Assembly (NCBI GenBank): GCA_965215015.1
Contig: OZ244042.1
Coordinates: 5,788,581-5,852,580 of the forward strand
DNA from: Candidatus Poribacteria bacterium
Lineage (GTDB): Bacteria > Poribacteria > WGA-4E > PCPOR2b
Direction of reading: 5' to 3'
Length of the DNA: 64,000 nucleotides
Part shown: one piece after another, positions 60,041 through 64,000 of the stretch
Numbering within the stretch: position 1 is the stretch's first letter
Layout: every line of letters starts with the position of its first letter
The notes under the pieces: model-generated
Seen by the model: only the letters and a program-made list of their open reading frames with translations
Told to the model about the DNA's origin: nothing
Database searches by the model: none
Made by a program: the position numbers and the translations under genes

Positions 60041-60340
60041 GGGGATAAGTAGTTACTAGCTTTTAATAAAACGCCAAGATGCAAGGGGACTAAGCTACAA
60101 AAAAAGGAAACGAGAGAACCGGCTTCCCCTTCGTCAGGGAAGGGGGGCGTTTCTTCGTTCTTCTCCCGATGAAACCGCGAATCTACGATGCCGTAGGCAT
60201 TCCCTTGGGCAGGCTACCGAATCGGGACTTGCGCCCTCTCCCCACTTGCGGAGCATCCCCCCTCGAATCCCCCACAAATAGGGGGACGGGGGGTAAGGGA
60301 GCATCTTTGCGTTAAATTCAGAAAAAGCCCTCATCTACTC
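60041..60340 (-). repeat. R2 repeat, copy b (about 300 bp, inverted relative to copy a)
   Basis: The reverse complement matches 18102-18335 at both termini and at internal blocks. It carries extra internal sequence. Confidence 0.8.
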
Positions 60341-60366
60341 CGAAACAAAATATCCCCAACCCCATT

Positions 60367-60490
60367 AGGTGGGGTATCTTGCCCCATCTACCGCCTGCGA
60401 TCAATATCTGTATCCGCGCAATCTGCGTCATCTGTTTAATCCGCGATTTAGACAATTATTATGAGCACCCCTCAATTATATTTCCTCAAA
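60367..60490 (+). repeat. mosaic repeat: GC hairpin plus R3 copy
   Basis: TAGGTGGGGTATCTTGCCCCATCTA, then GTATCCGCGCAATCTGCGTCATCTGTTTAATCCGCGATTTAGACAATTATTATGAGCACCCCTCAATTATA. It aligns with 14221-14300. Confidence 0.7.
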
Positions 60491-60494
60491 TTAA

Positions 60495-61502
60495 TTACAT
60501 CCGCATCGCCGGTTCCTGGACTGTGTCCAATAATCGGGTGATTACGGCATCAGAATCAACCCCCTCAGCTTCCGCGTGAAAGTTTACGAGTACACGATGT
60601 CGGAGAACAGCGTGCGCCACCGATTTAACGTCTTCTATAGACGCATTCACACGCCCCCGTAGAATTCCGCGTGCTTTCGCGCCAAGGATTAAATACTGTC
60701 CTGCCCGTGGACCCGCCCCCCACCTTACCCACTGTTGAATAAAATCCGGGGCATCTTTGCTTCTGGGACGGGTCGCCCTTGCTAACTTGACCGCATACTG
60801 TACAACGTTATCAGCGGTTGAAACCCGCCGGACAATCTGATTTAGGGTTATGATGTCTTCGCCGGAAAGCACGGTCTCAAGTTCGGGTTCACCAACGCTG
60901 GTCGTCGAAGAAACAATTGCGACCTCCTCCTCCTCGCTCGGATAGTCGATCACAATCTTAAACATGAAACGGTCTAGTTGTGCCTCTGGCAGTGGGTATG
61001 TTCCTTCCTGCTCAATCGGATTCTGCGTGGCAAGGACGAAGAACGGTTGTTCCAAATTATACATGGTGCCCCCCGCTGTGACATGATATTCCTGCATCGC
61101 TTCAAGCAATGCAGCTTGGGTCTTGGGTGGGGTTCGGTTGATTTCATCGGCAAGCAAGATGTTGGCAAATATGGGTCCCTGGATGAAGCGAATCTCCCGA
61201 TGACCGGTGGAGCGTTCTTCTTCTAAAACGTCTGTGCCGGTAATATCGGCGGGCATCAGATCCGGTGTAAACTGAATTCGCTTAAACTGGAGATTGAGAA
61301 TTTGGGCAAGCGTCTTAATCATCAAGGTTTTGGCGAGCCCGGGCACGCCTTCAAGCAGGCAGTGCCCCCCTGCAAAGAACGCCATCAGCATCTGATCAAT
61401 TACTTCCTCTTGACCGACAATTGCTTTGTTGAGTTGTTCCGAGATGAGGTCTCTGGCATCCATTAGTTTTTCAATCGCTTGAACTTCTTCTGTTGCTGGC
61501 AT
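60495..61502 (-). CDS. MoxR family AAA+ ATPase
   Basis: [51 protein letters not shown], and [23 protein letters not shown]. Confidence 0.9.
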   Translation of the reverse strand: MPATEEVQAIEKLMDARDLISEQLNKAIVGQEEVIDQMLMAFFAGGHCLLEGVPGLAKTLMIKTLAQILNLQFKRIQFTPDLMPADITGTDVLEEERSTGHREIRFIQGPIFANILLADEINRTPPKTQAALLEAMQEYHVTAGGTMYNLEQPFFVLATQNPIEQEGTYPLPEAQLDRFMFKIVIDYPSEEEEVAIVSSTTSVGEPELETVLSGEDIITLNQIVRRVSTADNVVQYAVKLARATRPRSKDAPDFIQQWVRWGAGPRAGQYLILGAKARGILRGRVNASIEDVKSVAHAVLRHRVLVNFHAEAEGVDSDAVITRLLDTVQEPAMRM

Positions 61503-61804
61503 GGTGTCTGTGGCTCCTTATCAGTTTCAATCTCTATTAAGAGTTACGCAGTTTAGCTTGTAGTAGCACGTTCATTGCGCGTCAGATACCAACAACGTCG
61601 CGCGATAGTATCTAGCTCAATTCATCAGATACTATCGCATAACCCACCGGGTATTCGATAAATCGCCCGACCACAAACCTTTAAGCGTTCAACTGTATAA
61701 TCCCTACTCTAATGAGAACTATTTTCTTTCTTAATCCTTGTCTAATCAACCGGTTGAAATGGTTTTCATATCTTTCACTTTTTTCTGCCAAAAATCTTCC
61801 CCAA

Positions 61805-62977
61805 TCAACCCAAGTAGCTCCAACTCGCCACGAAATCATCGATGTCGAAGGCGGGCATCTCGTTGAAGATGTAGGGGGTCGGCTCCTTGTTCTGGAAGCC
61901 GGGCACGAGTTGGGGCGAATCGGTTTGGAGTGCTCTATCTAACGGCAGGAACCGCTGCCAGAGCAGCTGACGCTCCGGTTCCGTGAAACGATTGTACATG
62001 GGCTCGCGTGGCTGATGGCGTATGTTCTTCGCACGTTTAGATAACAACACGAGACATGTCATTCGACCTTCGGCACCCGGGTGCAGTTCAGCCAACCCCT
62101 GACGGAACCCTCCTTCATCTAATCTAATGGTCGCACGGAAAATGCGTTCAATCAAGGCGAGTTCGCCTCGTTCTAGTTCGAGAAAACCTTCAAACTTAAT
62201 CGCTAGATGCACCGGCAACCTATCAATCAGCCCCGGCTGCCAGACGAAGGAGTGCGCGTGTGGGTATATACCGACCCCAAAGGCACGGTAGGTATACTGC
62301 AAGGTCCGGCGCAGCTTCGTGCTATAGTTACTGCCCCAGTGAAGGATTGTGTTCAGGTATACGACACCGTCACCTGCCTTCAATTCGATTGGGATGCCGC
62401 CCTCCACCGGCTCATGTTCACTCTTGGATAACTGCCGGTTTTCCGCCTCAGTGTTGAATCGCCTGTGGCTGCCGGGGACCGCCCACAGTACATCATCGTC
62501 ATACAATGCAATGTTCCACTGCGTATATGCCGGAGGATTCGCTAGGGAATCCGTGAACAACCCCTCCAACGGTCCCTCGCGCCACGACCGGATATCGCGA
62601 TGCCAGTCCCATGGGCCGTGGTCTACCCGTGGGTTGCAGAACATGCCGAATTGCAGGGGTGCCACCTCCTCTGCCTGCATTAGCTGCTTGCTGATTCCGT
62701 ATGTATTCTCGTGAAATACGAACTCTATTGATTCTACCGCGGCTGAGTCAACCACCCGATCAAACAACACCCGCGGCTGCGGACCGGACTCCCACTCTCC
62801 GCCCGGTGGCTCGCCCGGCTTACGATTGTCCGTCCACCACCGCTTATGCCGTTCAAGCATCTGTTCGCAATGTGTCCGCAACGACCCAAGTTGTTTCGGG
62901 GGCACGCACCCGCGCACGATGATGTAACCTTTGTCCTGAATCTCTTTTGTGTCTGCGAGTGTTGTCATGACCTCCAC
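61805..62977 (-). CDS. PhyH-like Fe(II)/2-oxoglutarate dioxygenase with a C-terminal extension
   Basis: N-terminus KGYIIVRGCVPPKQL, WHRD (HxD), and ILHWGS (distal His). About 130 additional C-terminal residues have no family I recognise. Confidence 0.5.
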   Translation of the reverse strand: MEVMTTLADTKEIQDKGYIIVRGCVPPKQLGSLRTHCEQMLERHKRWWTDNRKPGEPPGGEWESGPQPRVLFDRVVDSAAVESIEFVFHENTYGISKQLMQAEEVAPLQFGMFCNPRVDHGPWDWHRDIRSWREGPLEGLFTDSLANPPAYTQWNIALYDDDVLWAVPGSHRRFNTEAENRQLSKSEHEPVEGGIPIELKAGDGVVYLNTILHWGSNYSTKLRRTLQYTYRAFGVGIYPHAHSFVWQPGLIDRLPVHLAIKFEGFLELERGELALIERIFRATIRLDEGGFRQGLAELHPGAEGRMTCLVLLSKRAKNIRHQPREPMYNRFTEPERQLLWQRFLPLDRALQTDSPQLVPGFQNKEPTPYIFNEMPAFDIDDFVASWSYLG

Positions 62978-63026
62978 CCTGACTGAAGTATAAATGCTTG
63001 GGATTGCCTAAATAACTTTCATTTTT

Positions 63027-63110
63027 GGCTCATGTTCAGAAATTATGCAACAGAAACCGATTTCGTTCATTGGTTCATTAATGAACCAATGAACGAAATC
63101 GGTTTTCACG
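63027..63110 (+). repeat. R1 repeat, best-preserved copy, containing a perfect 52-nt palindrome (63054-63105)
   Basis: GGCTCATGTTCAGAAATTATGCAACAG, then AAACCGATTTCGTTCATTGGTTCATT|AATGAACCAATGAACGAAATCGGTTT. Confidence 0.85.
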
Positions 63111-63152
63111 TTTCATACTCTTCGCGTTTCACACTTTCTTTTAACATGAACC

Positions 63153-64000
63153 TCATTTCTTTCCGTGAATCCCCGCCGTTTGCTTCGCAATCATTGCAAG
63201 TTGGTCCTCATCCCACTCCTCTTGCTGCTGTAATGCGTACAGCGATGTATAACCCCCCGACCAGTCTGGAGGCACTAGACATGGGCGATTATCGTGGTGT
63301 GCCCAGCGGGCCGGTTTGCCCCTTACTATAGTGCCCTCATATTGACTAGGTAACGGATTGGCGGTGTAGGTGAACGCATCGGCTGACGAATAGACATTCA
63401 GCAACAGGGGCCGCCCTTGATCGGAAAGGTTCGGCTTGGATCCGTGAATCACACGGCAGTTATGAATTGTGAGAGATCCGGAGGCCCCCTTCAGATAATG
63501 GACATTCTCCGTGTCAACGCGTTTGACATCTTCATCGCTGAGGCAACCAACCCATTGATTGTTCGCATTGTATTGATTGAAAAGTTCACCCTTGTGGCTT
63601 CCGGGGATAGCACCAAGGGGGCCCTGATCATCACCGACACCATGAAGATAAACGCCAATTGTGAGCGGACTATAGTTGGTGTGGGGCCAATAGGTAATGT
63701 CTTGATGCCACTTAACCTCTTCGCCACCTTCTGCCCATTTGAAATTTAATTTAGAGTGATGGAATTTGACGTCCGGTCCTACCAGATCTGCTGCCACCTC
63801 AACGATAACCGACTGGGAAGCAAACTCCCAATAGGTTGGGTGCTGTTCAACGGGACTGGTCAGCCGGCGTAGACGCGGATTGTCCGCCGTGTGGCCCGGT
63901 TCCAGATCGAACACCATGTCCGACTTATCCAGGGCCCGGCTGCGCTGCACCATTTCATCTGTAACGTCAATCAGGCGTTTGACCCAATCCTGCGGTACAA
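63153..64000 (-). CDS. phytanoyl-CoA dioxygenase (PhyH) family protein, N-terminus beyond window edge
   Basis: WHQD (HxD) and IHNCRVIHGS (distal His). The frame stays open upstream of the listed M (63953) to nt 64000 (VPQDWVKRLIDVTDEMVQ...). Confidence 0.8.
   Translation of the reverse strand, partial: VPQDWVKRLIDVTDEMVQRSRALDKSDMVFDLEPGHTADNPRLRRLTSPVEQHPTYWEFASQSVIVEVAADLVGPDVKFHHSKLNFKWAEGGEEVKWHQDITYWPHTNYSPLTIGVYLHGVGDDQGPLGAIPGSHKGELFNQYNANNQWVGCLSDEDVKRVDTENVHYLKGASGSLTIHNCRVIHGSKPNLSDQGRPLLLNVYSSADAFTYTANPLPSQYEGTIVRGKPARWAHHDNRPCLVPPDWSGGYTSLYALQQQEEWDEDQLAMIAKQTAGIHGKK

Noticed and set aside
60134-60579. ORFs 60134-60334 (-) and 60379-60579 (+)
   Set aside because: They lie entirely within the R2 and R3 repeat copies. 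Their Gly/Pro/Arg-rich translations derive from G/C runs, and 60379-60579 also overlaps the 3-prime end of the MoxR gene antisense.

Overview
This is a bacterial chromosomal window with moderate GC and Shine-Dalgarno-type ribosome binding sites (RBSs). I cannot assign taxonomy from sequence alone. The gene content (sulfatase, two sulfatase-maturation-type genes, three PhyH dioxygenases, enolase-superfamily dehydratases, aldo/keto reductases, multihaem/PQQ fusion protein) resembles Planctomycetes- or Poribacteria-like heterotrophs, but that is inference only.

Layout:
- 1-37.3 kb: accessory metabolism. It holds an HD hydrolase, a TolB-like propeller, a 1185-aa cytochrome c / PQQ-dehydrogenase-like / SO_2930-like fusion, and a block of GNAT, methyltransferase, SDR, enolase and hydrolase genes. 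It also holds an ABC-2 transporter, tRNA-Ala(GGC), a Gfo/Idh/MocA oxidoreductase, a Cys-type sulfatase, an ECF-sigma-linked thiol-redox/FGE-like module, a radical-SAM sulfatase maturase coupled to a phosphodiester glycosidase, and a creatininase-PhyH-MSOX trio.
- 38.2-40.1 kb: a Tyr-rich lipoprotein plus a FadL/PorV-like outer-membrane barrel.
- 40.6-59.5 kb, minus strand: the complete str-S10-spc-alpha ribosomal supercluster (rpsL to rplQ, including tuf, fusA, secY, rpoA and an unlisted rpmJ). It lacks rpmD, adk, map and infA.
- 60.5-64 kb: a MoxR ATPase and two more PhyH-like genes.

The most unusual signal is non-coding. At least four families of short mosaic repeats and hairpins fill nearly every long intergenic gap, including spacers inside the ribosomal operons. 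One is a perfect 52-nt palindrome, one a perfect 46-nt palindrome, and one a 240-300-bp element present twice in inverted orientation.

Several genes are broken at short homopolymers, so sequence quality versus real gene decay needs checking. No CRISPR array, rRNA, intact transposase or recognisable defence system was seen.
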